Source: Octopus sinensis (Eukaryota). Taken from it: 64,000 nucleotides of DNA. The stretch lies in contig NC_042999.1 of the NCBI RefSeq assembly GCF_006345805.1, positions 38,626,001 through 38,690,000 on the forward strand, written 5' to 3'. Within the stretch, counting starts at the first letter, position 1, and the number at the start of each line of letters is the position of its first letter. The position numbers were made by a program, and so were the translations under genes. The notes under the pieces were generated by a model. The model had not been told where the DNA came from, did no database searches, and saw nothing but the letters and a program-made list of their open reading frames with translations. This document shows, piece after piece, positions 39,903 to 52,156 of the stretch.

Positions 39903-39908
39903 GTATAT

Positions 39909-39947
<39 letters not shown>

Positions 39948-39988
39948 CTATATATATATATATATATATATATGAAGGTGACAAAACT

Positions 39989-40599
39989 GAAAACGCAATT
40001 CTTAGGCAGTCAAACAAATTCCCAACGCATAAATGAACGCATTCAATCAAAGTAGGTAAGTAGAAGACTGTATATACTACGATGAAATTTACCAACGAGA
40101 ACATCATCCTGATGAAGGGGACATTGCCTGTATGAAGTATTTAATGTTTCCCTATGGCCGGTAATGTACCCCTAAAACGCCGCAGATGGAACTGTCTCCA
40201 ATTTGGGGACCCTATTTCACTTATGTGCTTTTAACCTTGATATCTAGTCTGAGTTCTATCTTATATTTTATGTATATGTGAAGTGAATTTTAGACGAAGT
40301 AGGCGGTTTGTCAATTTAAAAATTGACGCTTTTATTCCTATATTTATCAACCTCTTATTCGTTTGTCACCTCCTATATTCATCACGCATAACTCATTACA
40401 TATATTTATTTTTATATATTTATATTTCTTCATTATATTGATGTATGTTTGGTTTTATTGTTTATAACCTTAGAAAACCTTCATTCCTGTACATGAATGA
40501 TTTATGATGTGCATAAATGTATATGATACAACTAATTTGATTGAATGTTTTCCTTTATGCGTTCGGGAATCTGTTTGACTGCCTAAGATTTGCGTTTTC
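39989..40599. mobile_element. ~610-bp island between (TA)n tracts with ~45-bp terminal inverted repeats and a degenerate hammerhead (40102-40190, +)
   Basis: gaaaacgcaattcttaggcagtcaaacaaattcccaacgcataaa (39989-40033) inverted at 40554-40599; CTGATGA-AGGGGACATTGCC...GGTAATGTACCCCT-AAAA (G12 changed). Confidence 0.65.
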
Positions 40600-40676
40600 A
40601 ATTTTCTCTACTCTATATTCTATTGTATTGGCTCTCTATGAGCTCTCTGTAAACAACCCATGCATTTGAAAACATA

Positions 40677-40748
<72 letters not shown>

Positions 40749-40756
<8 letters not shown>

Positions 40757-40920
40757 AATGAGAATGTGTGCGTGTGTGTCTGTCTGTCTGTGTGAATCCC
40801 TAAAACCTGAGAACTATACAACCAATTTCATTCAAATTTTACATATGCCTTACTTAGGATCCATGTAATGTCATGGCCAAAAACATTTTAACTTCTTCCA
40901 AAGGGTGAGCCCGCAGGAAT
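40749..40920 (+). mobile_element. Helitron-like 5' fragment
   Basis: t(g)tatataaatgagaatg...gtctgtctgtctgtg...caaccaatttcattcaaatttt resembles the 5' ends of the 8.5 and 62.8 kb elements; no 3' end found. Confidence 0.45.
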
Positions 40921-41116
40921 ATCATGTATTCTCCACTATTTCAGCATTACGTGTTAAAAGTGAAACAAAAACATATTTCTATTGTAATGTTACATGCATT
41001 CAGTTTAATACTGAAACTAATTAAAGTGAAACTATTATATAAGAGGGATGAACCACTAACAGTGGACATCCATTTTGTTAGACGAAGATCCGCTATGGTT
41101 TTATATATATATATAT

Positions 41117-41353
41117 AAACAGACCACTCTGGAAAACCACTATCCATGAGGGAACGGCGAATTTCGAGTCGAAAAGGTCTGCAGACGGAAGGAGTGCCAA
41201 CAATAACCACGTGCGACTCTCCCTTTCGGCACTAGATGTCCGCACTGTGACCAATCTTTTCGAGCAAGAATTGGTCTTATCAGTCACCTGCGGACTCACC
41301 AATAAATTTGCGCGAAGACCATCATCCTCGACCTTGAGGGATTGCCATAGTAG
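41117..41353 (+). pseudogene. RTE-clade LINE 3' terminus
   Basis: CPHCDQSFRARIGLISHLRTHQ* followed by the catcatcctcgaccttgagggattgcc hairpin and a (TAG)n tail; both ends in (TA)n. Confidence 0.88.
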
Positions 41354-41799
41354 TATATATATATACACTTACATATATAGACACTCACTCATATATGTAA
41401 GCATCAAAAAGTCAAGAGGTACATGTTTCCAAATATTGTATGTAGATAGGTTATTATAGTATTTACTAGTGTTCCATATCGTGTTAAAGACACTGTGCTC
41501 AAGCAGTATTCATGATTCTTAATACTCAAGTAACGAATTTTTTATCCCAGTAACTGTTTGACATACAGTTGTAACTCTTGGTGTCTAATTACGTTCAGTA
41601 GTAGTGTCTGAAGAGAATATTTCCTCATACACTCAATTTTCATGGTGGTAATCCCTGTTGATCTTCCAATCAATCCAAATCTACATAATTTTTATTTGTT
41701 GATACTATCTCTCTGTTGTAATTTCGAAAATGTGGTGTTAAGATTTTGGTTAACAAAGTAGTATTTGAAACCATGATTTAAAGATTCTTCCTCAGGATT

Positions 41800-42019
41800 T
41801 ACGATGAGTTGCTGAAAAGTTTCTGGTTTTAAGGGTTTCCCTAAAGGCCTGGCTGTCGGCCCAGCCTTCCGAGTTCATTTACAGGGCTTAGAAGAACTGA
41901 GAGACTGCTACAATAAGTGAGTGAATCTGAGAGAGGAATATGTTGCATAAAATCATAATTAAGTCATTCTCCTGTATTTTCTCCTACCTAAAGCTAGGAA
42001 TTTGGCATCATCCCTCGTA
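41800..42019 (+). mobile_element. Mariner-derived miniature element (~220 bp)
   Basis: Degenerate TIRs TACGATGAGTTGCTGAAAAGTTTCTGGTTTT and (reverse complement) TACGAGGGATGATGCCAAATTCCTAGCTTT; retains transposase C-terminus GLEELRDCYNK*VNLREEYVA*. Confidence 0.65.
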
Positions 42020-43744
42020 TAGTTCAGCAAAACCATCGAACTAGAGTGCGACGTTCTTATTAATACCAAATGAATGAAACAACTAGTTTACCTTGCTGGA
42101 ATTTGAAACCAGAACGCAGAAAGACAGTACAAATTACAGAGAGCATTCTATCAACTTAACTCCGTTTCTCCATGGCAGGAACTAGCGCCAGTCTATTTTT
42201 CATAACATTTAGGGAATGTGTATGGAAATGAACCTCAGCAATCTCTGATTATAAAAACCCGTTAGATATATCCCCCAACACCTTTTCCATACTCAAAATT
42301 ACAAAAGTACGTCACAAAACTAACATTAATAATAATAGTTGTCGTTTCCTGCTAATCTGTCATTAACATCTAAGCAGTATTAACTATCACATCCTTATTA
42401 CGATGTAATTATTAGTTCTGTGAAACACTTGTATATCGAATAAATAACTGCATAATTACTAGTTGTGTATCTGAAAAACTTTGGTTTGAAATTGTGGACA
42501 AACTTAAATGTTGCAGATAACTCAAAACTTAGTACTGTCCCCCAGGTTGTAGTGTTTCGTTACACATGATACTACTGCCTGCCTTAGTTTACGATTATAT
42601 TTTCATCAGCAAAATAAAAGAGACATGTTAATAAAACGAATGCTTCATGATTATTTTAATTATGAGATTTTTATTGGCGGATGTGATTATAAAATTTTCA
42701 TAACATGCATGAATTTATGCGTACTGTTGCCAATCACAGGAGACCCATATCTGACCAAATATTTAAATGATGCTAATCAATAGTTTTCTTATCTGATTAC
42801 CTCTTACCTTGGGAAATTAAAGCATCATTTTTTATTATACAATTTCAGTAAATCAAGTATTTAAAATGTGTCTTAATTTTCCTTTTATTCTTGAATTTTA
42901 TTCCATTTGAATATGAAGTTTATGGTACGAGGAAGACAGAGTGAATATTACTTCAGAGTAATGACTATATTTAATAACAATCAGCTGCTATTAAATGTAT
43001 GGCTACTTTCAGTAGCATTCCATTTATATTTCTTAATTTAAATGAGAAATGATTAAATGGTCCAGGGAAATGTGTTTTATGGTGTGGATAATACTCTAGT
43101 TTAGGCAGGCCAAAGAAATTTATACTATAATTACAGCTAATGCATCGCAATTAATTATTATCATTGTTTTAAGTATTACCAAAATTGATGTTTATCAGTC
43201 AGAATAGCAGAACATAACACAATCGAATACCCACAAAAGTTGGTTTATTTCCTAATAGTTCTTTCTTAATTAATTTAGAGTTATTCTTATATTAGAGTTT
43301 ACCTCGACAAAGCCTACATGCAGTATAACTTTAAATAGCATTATGTTCTTCATTTATAAGTTCAAATCTATTTAAAGTATTTCTTGTTCGAATTTTTGCG
43401 TAAATTTTCCAATGAAAGAGTGTTTCGAGGTAATAAAAGCTCGACCATTAAATGTAATTTCATTTAGAGTTCTCTTACATGCTCATAGTTTAACCATAGT
43501 TATGCCATTTTATTTTCCATCAGCAAAATCTGAGGCGAATGTCTGACTGGGCTACCTGCCATTCATATGTTACCATTACAATAAACTATAATTCTAGATA
43601 GGCAATGGCGGATTTCCCATAAAGTTGTTTTAAATCCCATTCACTCATGCCATACATCAGAAAGGCCTGCTTACTTTATTCCTAATAATGCGCACTCATA
43701 TGGAGGTGATACCAAATCATGTGTTAGCAAATGAACATCTTACA

Positions 43745-43978
43745 CCAGTGATTCCCAACGTGGGAAAAGTGTGGTGGGTCGTAGTACCGTTGTTCCTAGG
43801 TACAAGATTCTCATTAAAGTTTGATGCCAGTAACGTCGCAACTCATTTCTGCAGCTGAGTGAACTGGAACAACGTGAAATAAAGTGTCTTGCTGAAGAAC
43901 AGAACACAGCCTGTAGAGGATTCGAACTCACTATCTCATGATTGTGAGCCCGACGCCCTAATTGTTGAGCCATGCGCC
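43745..43978 (-). mobile_element. tRNA-derived SINE family C, diverged
   Basis: Minus strand ggcgcatggctcaacaattaggg...gagttcgaatcc (A/B boxes), then gcaagacactttatttcacgttg-tccagttcactcagctg, resembling conserved V/Meta/CORE-type central domains. Confidence 0.75.
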
Positions 43979-44819
43979 AGATAGAAGGACACAGAGAATA
44001 TTTGAAAAATTTTACTGCTGAGCAACGTTTCACAACAGTACTTGATGGTGGAACTAAGCTAAATTTGCAAGATTACTAAAGTTATATAATGTAAAAATGG
44101 GTTTGATAATCAAACAGTTTTCAGTAAAATGTATCTGATATCATATTTTGTACACTGTGGTCGATATTTGTAAGGAAATGCCTTAGGCGGTACTCCAACG
44201 ATTAAGGAAATATTGAGATAATTTCATATGAATGTTGTAGTGAAGTTTAATGTAGTGGATATGATGTTGCTATGCAGTATCAAAAATGATCACGCTCATA
44301 TTCAGAAGAGACGGTTAAGATATGTTGTACTTGAAAACAACCAAAACACCAAATGCGATAGCTGCCAGAATAGTGGAGTAAAGAAAGAAAAAAGAATCAG
44401 CTGTTCATGTTTTTGTTGTTTGTTTTTAGTCAGGTTGAAATATCAGTGTTCAGGAGATTTTACAGCGCCATGGAGACTAGTGTTAGGGAAGCGCTACCCT
44501 CAAATTGGGGTCATAACACGACTGGTAACAGAGAAGACAGATTGCACACAGGGGACTCAAACAAATACACCTTGGGTATCAAGTACTGATGTTAAACCAA
44601 ACCATGGATTTAAGCCTACAGTTCACTTACTTTATAAGCTTTAGAAATTCTATCACTATTTGCACATTTGCAATTTTGGAATTGTACAACTTTAGTGACT
44701 TGTTAGAAATAGGGAAATATTTCTTGGATATCTGCCTTATACTAAGTAACTCAGTGACTATCTGTGCTTGTGAGTGTGTGTGTGTGTGTGTGTGATTGTA
44801 TGTGTGTGGTCCAAAAATA

Positions 44820-44945
44820 TACAAAAATAGTGACGACCGAAAAGACAATATACAGGGTGTATTAGTTTAACACTAGGAAAGAATGGAAGAAGCCATCAAA
44901 GTTTCAAGTCTACGCCCTTCTACAGAAAGAAATGAGGGGAGGAAG
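44820..44945 (-). mobile_element. Diverged copy of the 61406-61612 mini-element (CUGUAGA hammerhead variant at 44897-44930)
   Basis: tgtattagtttaac-ct-ggaa...gtttcaagtctacgcccttctacagaaag is colinear with the 18.3 and 61.5 kb copies. Confidence 0.55.
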
Positions 44946-45399
44946 CATATAGAGATAGAAAAATCTGAAGAGACCATGAACACGTGTCTGAAGATTTAAA
45001 AAGAAAAAAAACATGTGGTTCATGTTGAATGGAGCACAAGAGATAATGTGGTGTAGATTGCGAGAGAGACAGCATCGACTAAGGACAACACGTATGCGCA
45101 AGCAATTATGAGATGTGTTCAAGTGTATATGTCTGTATAGTCGGGCGCGTGTGCGTGTGTGTGCGTTAAGACGTGCATGAGTAAGAGGCTTGTACGTGTA
45201 TGCTTCGGGCCACGCGCCTCTGAAAAGAAATAACCTTCCTCTCAAACAAATGACTCCACCCCCAATAAAACGCATTCTTACTGAGAAAACGCCACCTTTC
45301 ATTTGTCCCAGCATCTGAATCCATAAATGAGACAATTAGAACCTAGACACTACACGAAAAATATATAAAAATTTCACCAAGACACATCGAAAAATTCCA

Positions 45400-46120
45400 T
45401 GACACCATACGCTCATTACTTATAAGAAACCTACCAATCAATTAGATCTCACGCAATAGTTCCCAATTGTTGCAGTTCGCTACCAGCAAGGTCTTTTTTT
45501 TCCCCGAGGGAAAGCATATTCATAGTATAGCTAGGATTCCAAGCCAATGACTGTCACCTCTTCCACGAGGAGAATATACGGAATTCTCTTAAGAATTTTT
45601 TATATCTACAGTGATCCAATGATGCCCATAATCTTAAATCGCTGACGGTCTAGCTGCCACGCACTCATATATCCAGGAAAGATCAGGAAAATGAACTATT
45701 TGACTAACAGACATTAAATTCAATACCGGCTGTCACAATCTCTGAGCCACAGGTTCGATTTCTCTTCTCTCCATCTCTTATAAAATTTGTTTTAATTTAC
45801 TCTGGCAATCAAATCTTTCTTCAACTCATTCGAATCGTACACAAGTATTTCCGACCAATTCATCTATTTTAACATATTTGTCGTGTCCAACACCCTAGGT
45901 CTTTGAACTGATAAATGCATTTAGTTCTTCCTTTTAAAAGTACATGCTCTCTGGAATCTCTTTCCTGCTCACTTCTTTCTTGAATATGTTTGTTTATATT
46001 AGAAATGGAACAATAATGACGGCAACCACATTAGCATAGGAGGACCTACAGAGACCATGGTTATTGCCATTTTCTCCAGACTCAGAGAAAACTATCGTCA
46101 AACCACACAACTTTTCAGTG
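45400..46120 (-). pseudogene. Ancient CR1/L2-like LINE RT remnant
   Basis: Weak motifs WKMAIT and QRFKIMGIIGSL..KFL...WKR*QS resemble WK.A.V.P and L...GI.G.L..WI..FL..R.Q.V. Confidence 0.35.
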
Positions 46121-47100
46121 AAAATGTTTAACTCCTCTAATACCTCAGAACATCTGACATCTGTCTCTGTGTAATTTAGAAACGAACTGCTAAAAGTAGT
46201 TTCAATGGAATGAAAAGGAATACTTTAGAGAATCAAAATATATTTGTAAATATTATATTATTGAATGGAGAATCTTGAACACATTTCCTCTAAAATATAA
46301 AGATTCTTTAAATTTCCAAGTTTCCCAGCAACATGATAACATAGTTCAAAAGAATATAGATTTTCTAGAACACAACGAGTGAAATGTGCTTAATCGTCAG
46401 GACATTATTTTCTATTTATTTCAGATTTTGATTGTCTTTAATTGTCTACCCTTTAATTGCTAGAATTCTTCGAAGACAATAACTAGAATATGAAAGAAAA
46501 TATGAACATAAAAGATAGTAAAAATTATCATCAATACTTAATTAACTTCATATTGAATTGTATTAAGCTATTTCGTGGAGAACTTTCATTCAAATTTAAA
46601 GAAAGCATTTGTTTTATCAAAAAAAGTAATAAAAAATAATGGAAAAGGATATCTAATTCACAATTTATATTGAATAATATAATGACAAAAGCCGTATAAC
46701 AAAAGTGTCCGTAATTAGAAAAGAAAAAGAAACTGGAGTAGCAATTTTGTTTTTGCTTCAGTCTTGTTTTAGATTTCATCATTTAATGATATATCACTTT
46801 TCGTACCGTGATTTAATATCGGAAGTATTACTTTTTAAATAATTATTTAAACTATGAAAAAATGAATGCAGGATGTATAATACGCTTCATGAGTACGCTT
46901 CCTGATATGTGATCCATATATGTAAGAGGAAGCATGAATAAAATATACAAGTTTAGAATAGAACATCAGTTTTAATTATGCTATTTTGTGAGTTATTCAT
47001 GACTGAAACTACTCTTTGCATTGCATTTTAATTCCAGTTAACTTCTCTTTACCTGTATAACTTCCTTTCAACTGTAGTACCAATGGTACAAGTTAAAACA

Positions 47101-47491
47101 TTCTTTTCTACTCTAAGCATATGGCCTGAAATTTATGGAGAGGGGCCAGCCGATTAGACTGACCCTAGTACAAAACTGGTATTTAATTTATCGACCTCGA
47201 AAGGCAAAGTCGACCTCGGCGGAATTTGAGCTGAGAACGTAAAGACAGACGAAATACATATTTCTTTACTACCCACAAGGGGCTAAACACAGAAGGGAAA
47301 AACAAGGACAGAAAAACGGATTAAGTCGATTACATCGACCCCAGTGCATGACTGATACTTAATTTATCGACCCGGAAAGGATGAAAGGCAAAGTCGTCCT
47401 CGGTGGAATTTGAACTCAGAACGTAACGGCAGACGAAATACCACTAATCATTTCACCCGGCGTACTAACGATTCTGCCAACTCGCCGCCTT
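47101..47491 (-). mobile_element. SINE family B, head + two units
   Basis: Head aaggcggcgagttggcagaatcg; junction gtgggtagtaaagaaatatgtatttcgtctg; alternative tail. Confidence 0.9.
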
Positions 47492-48393
47492 GTAAAAACA
47501 TTGATATTACAGCACACATTTGCATATAATGACGTCGAATGTATACTTAAATACATAAGAATAACGTAAGCCAAGAGTAAATGAACTGTTGATGATTGAC
47601 TCGATTTATTTCCCTTGTGCAGGAAATAATGTTTTCTTTAATTTCAGTTGAATGCATTCAGAATACCAATTATCTTTAATTGAATTATACTTGTATCTTT
47701 CTTAGAAAAGATTAAAGTATTGTTGAAACTGTAAAATAAGAGAAACAAACGGAGGCATATGGATATGATTAGCTTTCGAAGATAATTTTTGATATATTTA
47801 AATGTGTCTTAAAAATTAATTCGTTACAGTTTCATGAGAAAATAACATGGCGCTTACTAGTTTTACCTCATTTTTCCTCATTAATAATAACTGGACCGTT
47901 AAAATCTTTTGACAGCGCTATTTCTGAGAAGTGGTGAAAATGTGATTTGTTTGATATAATTGTAATCGTCAGTAAGTACTTTGAAGAAGTTGATAACGAA
48001 TAATTATTTTTTGATTTAACGAACAATTTTTACCTCATTTAACACTTGGAGTAAATGCAATAATTTAAATAACGAAACTCAAAAACAACTACAATCAACT
48101 GCGTTTTGTTATACCTACACTCCGACTAATATACGTACATTTTGTCGTTATATTACACAGACACATGCACACACACGCAGACACATATACACGCGCACAC
48201 ACGCAAGCACACACACATATATTTATGCATCTACATTTATATGTATATCATCTGAATTAACTATTGCTTAATCATTTTCTCACACCGTCTCCAATGACGG
48301 GATATAATAAATATCCTGGAAACAGCTGTAAGACCTATTTATTAATGTTCTAAACTCCCCACAGCCTTGATTTTATATCTCATTCTGAAAAAG

Positions 48394-48437
<44 letters not shown>

Positions 48438-48441
48438 AATA

Positions 48442-48843
48442 TACTCTTTACTCTTTACTCTTTTACTTGTTTCAGACATTTGACTGCGGCAATGTTGGAG
48501 CACCGCCATTAGCCGAGCAAATCGACCCCGGGACTTATTCTTTGTAAGCCCAGTACTTATTCTATCGGTCTCTTTTGCCGAACCGCTAAGTTACGGGGAC
48601 GTAAACACACCAGCATCGGTTGTCAAGCAATGCTAGGGGGACAAACACAAATACACAAACATATACACACACATACATACATATATATAAATACATATAT
48701 ACGACAGGCTTCTTTCAGTTTCCGTCTACCAAATCCACTCACTAGGCATTGGTCGGCCCGGGGCTATAGCAGAAGACAGTTGCCCAAGATGCCACGCAGT
48801 GGAACTGAACCCGGAATCATGTGGTTGGTAAGCAAGCTACTTA

Positions 48844-48846
<3 letters not shown>
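48442..48846 (-). mobile_element. SINE family A, near full length
   Basis: Minus strand tggtaagtagcttgcttaccaaccacatgattccgggttcagttccactgcgtggcatcttgggcaac (CORE-like)...internal (TA)(TG)n...tail ending in (aagagta)n. Confidence 0.92.
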
Positions 48847-48893
<47 letters not shown>

Positions 48894-49189
48894 TATATAT
48901 ATATACGCACATATACATGCACACACACTCACACACATATACATATCTCAAGAGTCTTCGGACATGAAATACACCGAGCTGAAACAACGCTCACGCCTTA
49001 TGACCGAATTTCGTAGCTCATTCGTGTTTTGCACGTCTCCATATTCCATTTCTAATTTCGGTTATATCTATCACATACTGGCGTAGAACCGACAACATCA
49101 TAACGCTTTCGCTCATCTTTCGATGCTGCTTTTTTCCTTCCTTCTGGTCCCTTTCTCTCTTTCATTTCCTTTTCCTCTCATTTTTTTCA

Positions 49190-50149
49190 GTGCCATTCAG
49201 CAATCTTCACACTGACTCTCAAAGACTGACGTTTGTTCAATAGGCACAACCTAAGGGTCACCTTTACGTGTACACCCAGAATGAAAAGTATATTAGCTAA
49301 CACCAATAAAACGCAGGTGGGGCCTGTTGATCTTGCAGGGTGTAAAATGACTGTCCAGTGAGATGCAAATACGAAGCCGAAGGAATTATCTATGAGGCTG
49401 TGGTAACATCCAGACCTAGTAACCATAGTAATAGCAGCAACGGATCATCCAATAACATCGATAGTATCGGCAACAGCGACAACGGCAGAAACACCAGAAC
49501 TGAGACTAACGATTCCGGCACCACTACCACTAACGGACAAGATGACCACGCTGACCCTAGCGGCACCAGTGAGACTACCGGCTACGAGCCCAATATTTCC
49601 AACAACGGTAGACATATCACCATCATTGACAGTAGCGCCAACGCCACGGCCAGGGACGACAGCCACAGCGATATAGTCGGACCCACGCCTCGTAATGATA
49701 ACGGCACCGATAGCAACCGCAGGAACACCGTAAGCAACAACAACACTTTCTCACCCGGAGCCAACCGAAGATGCGTCAGTAATGTGAGCACAATCAACAC
49801 CAAAGCCTGGAAACATATCGAGTCATCCGGAACAGACATTAAGGGAAACCTGTACAACCGCAGTTCCTCTTTCAGAATTCCGGAAAGAAGAATCGTCACT
49901 TCACTCACCAGTCACGTGTGGAGCATAAAAGCTGAAGGGACCCCATACGATATCAAGTGGCGGATATTTGAGTGGTCAGGACCCTACACTAACGGGAGCG
50001 AACGCTGCAAGCTTTGTGTAGCCGAGCGATCAAGGATACTCAAAGACTCCCAAAAATCTGGATCACCGAACACTCATTCCTTGAATCCATTTCAGACCAA
50101 AAATACATCGGGCAAGAAGAACATGCCTAGGACAACTACGCATGTGTAG
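49190..50149 (+). pseudogene. PLE GIY-YIG endonuclease region with a long N/S/T/D-rich insertion
   Basis: FNRHNLRVTFTCTPRMKSIL; GIIYEAVV...[~135 aa]...HIESSGTDIKGNLYNRSSSFR...TSLTSHVWSIKAEGTPYDIKWRIFE...PYTNGSERCKLCVAER; colinear with the 56.3-57.1 kb PLE. Confidence 0.85.
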
Positions 50150-50395
50150 CAAGACATTCCCATCTTTATGCATGTAACCAATTTGACATAAAATGCACAG
50201 ATGGAGGCAATGCATTTAGATGCACAATATCTTGCCACTATCGGAGTGTTCCAGGATAGGTCCAAACGGTCCTTGTCCCGTTACTTCTGCTAAATATTAA
50301 TAAACATATAGACATACTCATATTCTGAGTTCCATTTTCCCTGTTTGCATCAACATACCTAAATATATATTTCTCTCTCTCTCATTCTCTCTCTC

Positions 50396-50437
<42 letters not shown>

Positions 50438-50487
50438 TATCTATCTATCTTCTTCTATCTATCTATCTATATATATATATATATATC

Positions 50488-50556
<69 letters not shown>

Positions 50557-50784
50557 TATATATACTTATAATTGATATAGGATAAAATTTCTTTCGGGAA
50601 AAATTTTTTATCAATGGCCAGCTTATCAAAAAATGCCTTTAAAGGTAGAATTTATACATAATTTACAAGATAAGGGCAGAAGAAAAATTCTAATGCCAGA
50701 TACGCCGAAACAAAAAATTGTCGATAACCATTAAATTTATGCGTCTCGAAACAAACCGATAGAAATCTCTAAAAAATTCGTTAT

Positions 50785-50843
50785 TACCTTATTGGTCCAA
50801 TTTCGGGGTTAATTCACAAGAAATTTTCCCCTCTTCAGCGGCA
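50785..50843 (-). ncRNA. Type I hammerhead ribozyme-like motif (inverted twin of 51057-51115)
   Basis: Same as 51057-51115 except a C-to-A change at the first base after the cleavage site. Confidence 0.65.
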
Positions 50844-51056
50844 AAATTTTTATCCTATATCAATTATAAATAGATTAGTGTTCACGTCCGGATTCTATCT
50901 CTCTGTGAAAGTTTCTAGTTCGAATCACACGTGGTCTCGAGGTGCGCCGAAGATTTTTCTATTTTGGATATATTTGGGGTACTTAAGTCTGCTCGGGACT
51001 TGGTGCTTGCTTCTTCCATGGGTATGAATAAGTATTTCATTTATATCTCGCGTATG

Positions 51057-51115
51057 TGCCGCTGAAGAGGGGAAAATTTCTTGTGAATTAACCCCGAAAT
51101 TGGACCAATACGGTA
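51057..51115 (+). ncRNA. Apparently intact type I hammerhead ribozyme
   Basis: TGCCG-CTGAAGA-GGGG[19 nt]CCCC-GAAA-TTGG-A-CCAA-TA/CGGTA: all core nucleotides present, 5-bp stem I, 4-bp GC stem II, near-palindromic stem III with 1-nt loop, AUA site. Confidence 0.78.
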
Positions 51116-51584
51116 ATAACGAATTTTTAGAGATTTCTATCGGTTTGTTTCGAGACGCATAAATTAATGGTTATCGACAATTTTTTGTTTCGGCGAATCT
51201 GGCATTAGAATTTTTTTCTTCTGCCCTTATCTTGTAAATTATTATATATACTTATATATGTATACAAATATATATATATATTTATATACATATATGTATA
51301 TAATATATATATATATATATATAATATATATATTATATATATAATTATATTAAATTAGAGATAAAACCACTATTAGGCAAATCAAACAATGAAAAACTTA
51401 AGCCAATACGTAAATTATTAATTTATATTATTTTAAATATATATCAAAAGTATTAAAAATTTAATAAAAGAGAATGATTAAAGCACTACAATCGTTGCAT
51501 GGCTGTCCAATTCGTAATAATTCGAGTTATGGTTACAGTCAATCTCAGGTAATTGAAATACTTATCTTAGCGATATATATATAT

Positions 51585-51628
<44 letters not shown>

Positions 51629-52156
51629 ATATATATGTATATGAATAAATGAAACCATGGAGTCGAACGAAGATGTTAACAAAATTCCTTTACTCTCGAC
51701 GATAAACAGAATGATTCATTCACCTACTTAAATATATATATATGTATATATGTGTGTGTATGTGTGTGTGTTTAGAAGGCACAAAAGTAACGCACGAGTT
51801 GATATGTTTAAGGAAAATAAGACAAGGTAGAAAGGGCTAAAATAGAGTTTGTATAGAGTTTGGATAATCTCTCCATTTAATATGATGCAGCCATTTATCT
51901 TTACATTCTTTTATTTCAACGATGGTACTATAGGGAGATTACCCAACTGAGATGCTACCACGACCACTCTATATTACCTGAAGTTGCAGCGTCTGGAGCT
52001 AAAGAGTAACATTCAGCTGATGCTGTTAGTGTTTTGGTTCAGATCACTTGTGGGTTGCAAGACCTATGAGCAAATGTGTAAAGGTATTCCATCATTAAAT
52101 ATGACAGAATAGGTCTTGCATGAAATTTGGTTCAAATCCCTAAAAATTCGATTTCC

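Larger units (their letters stand above)
50566..51241. repeat. Nested inverted-repeat island (PLE pseudo-LTR-type) between (TA)n tracts
   Basis: ~185-bp arms 50659-50843 and 51057-51241, near-identical in inverted orientation; 22-bp IR 50566-50587 and 50848-50869. Confidence 0.9.

Noticed and set aside
44407-44644. Candidate exon after a polypyrimidine tract and AG
   Set aside because: No recognisable protein and no matching neighbouring exons; could equally be a decayed LINE fragment.
52045-52135. 12-bp hairpin followed by TGAAA (hammerhead remnant); similar remnants at 37366, 50205, 54105 and 56070
   Set aside because: Core too degenerate to call a ribozyme; noted only as possible fossils.
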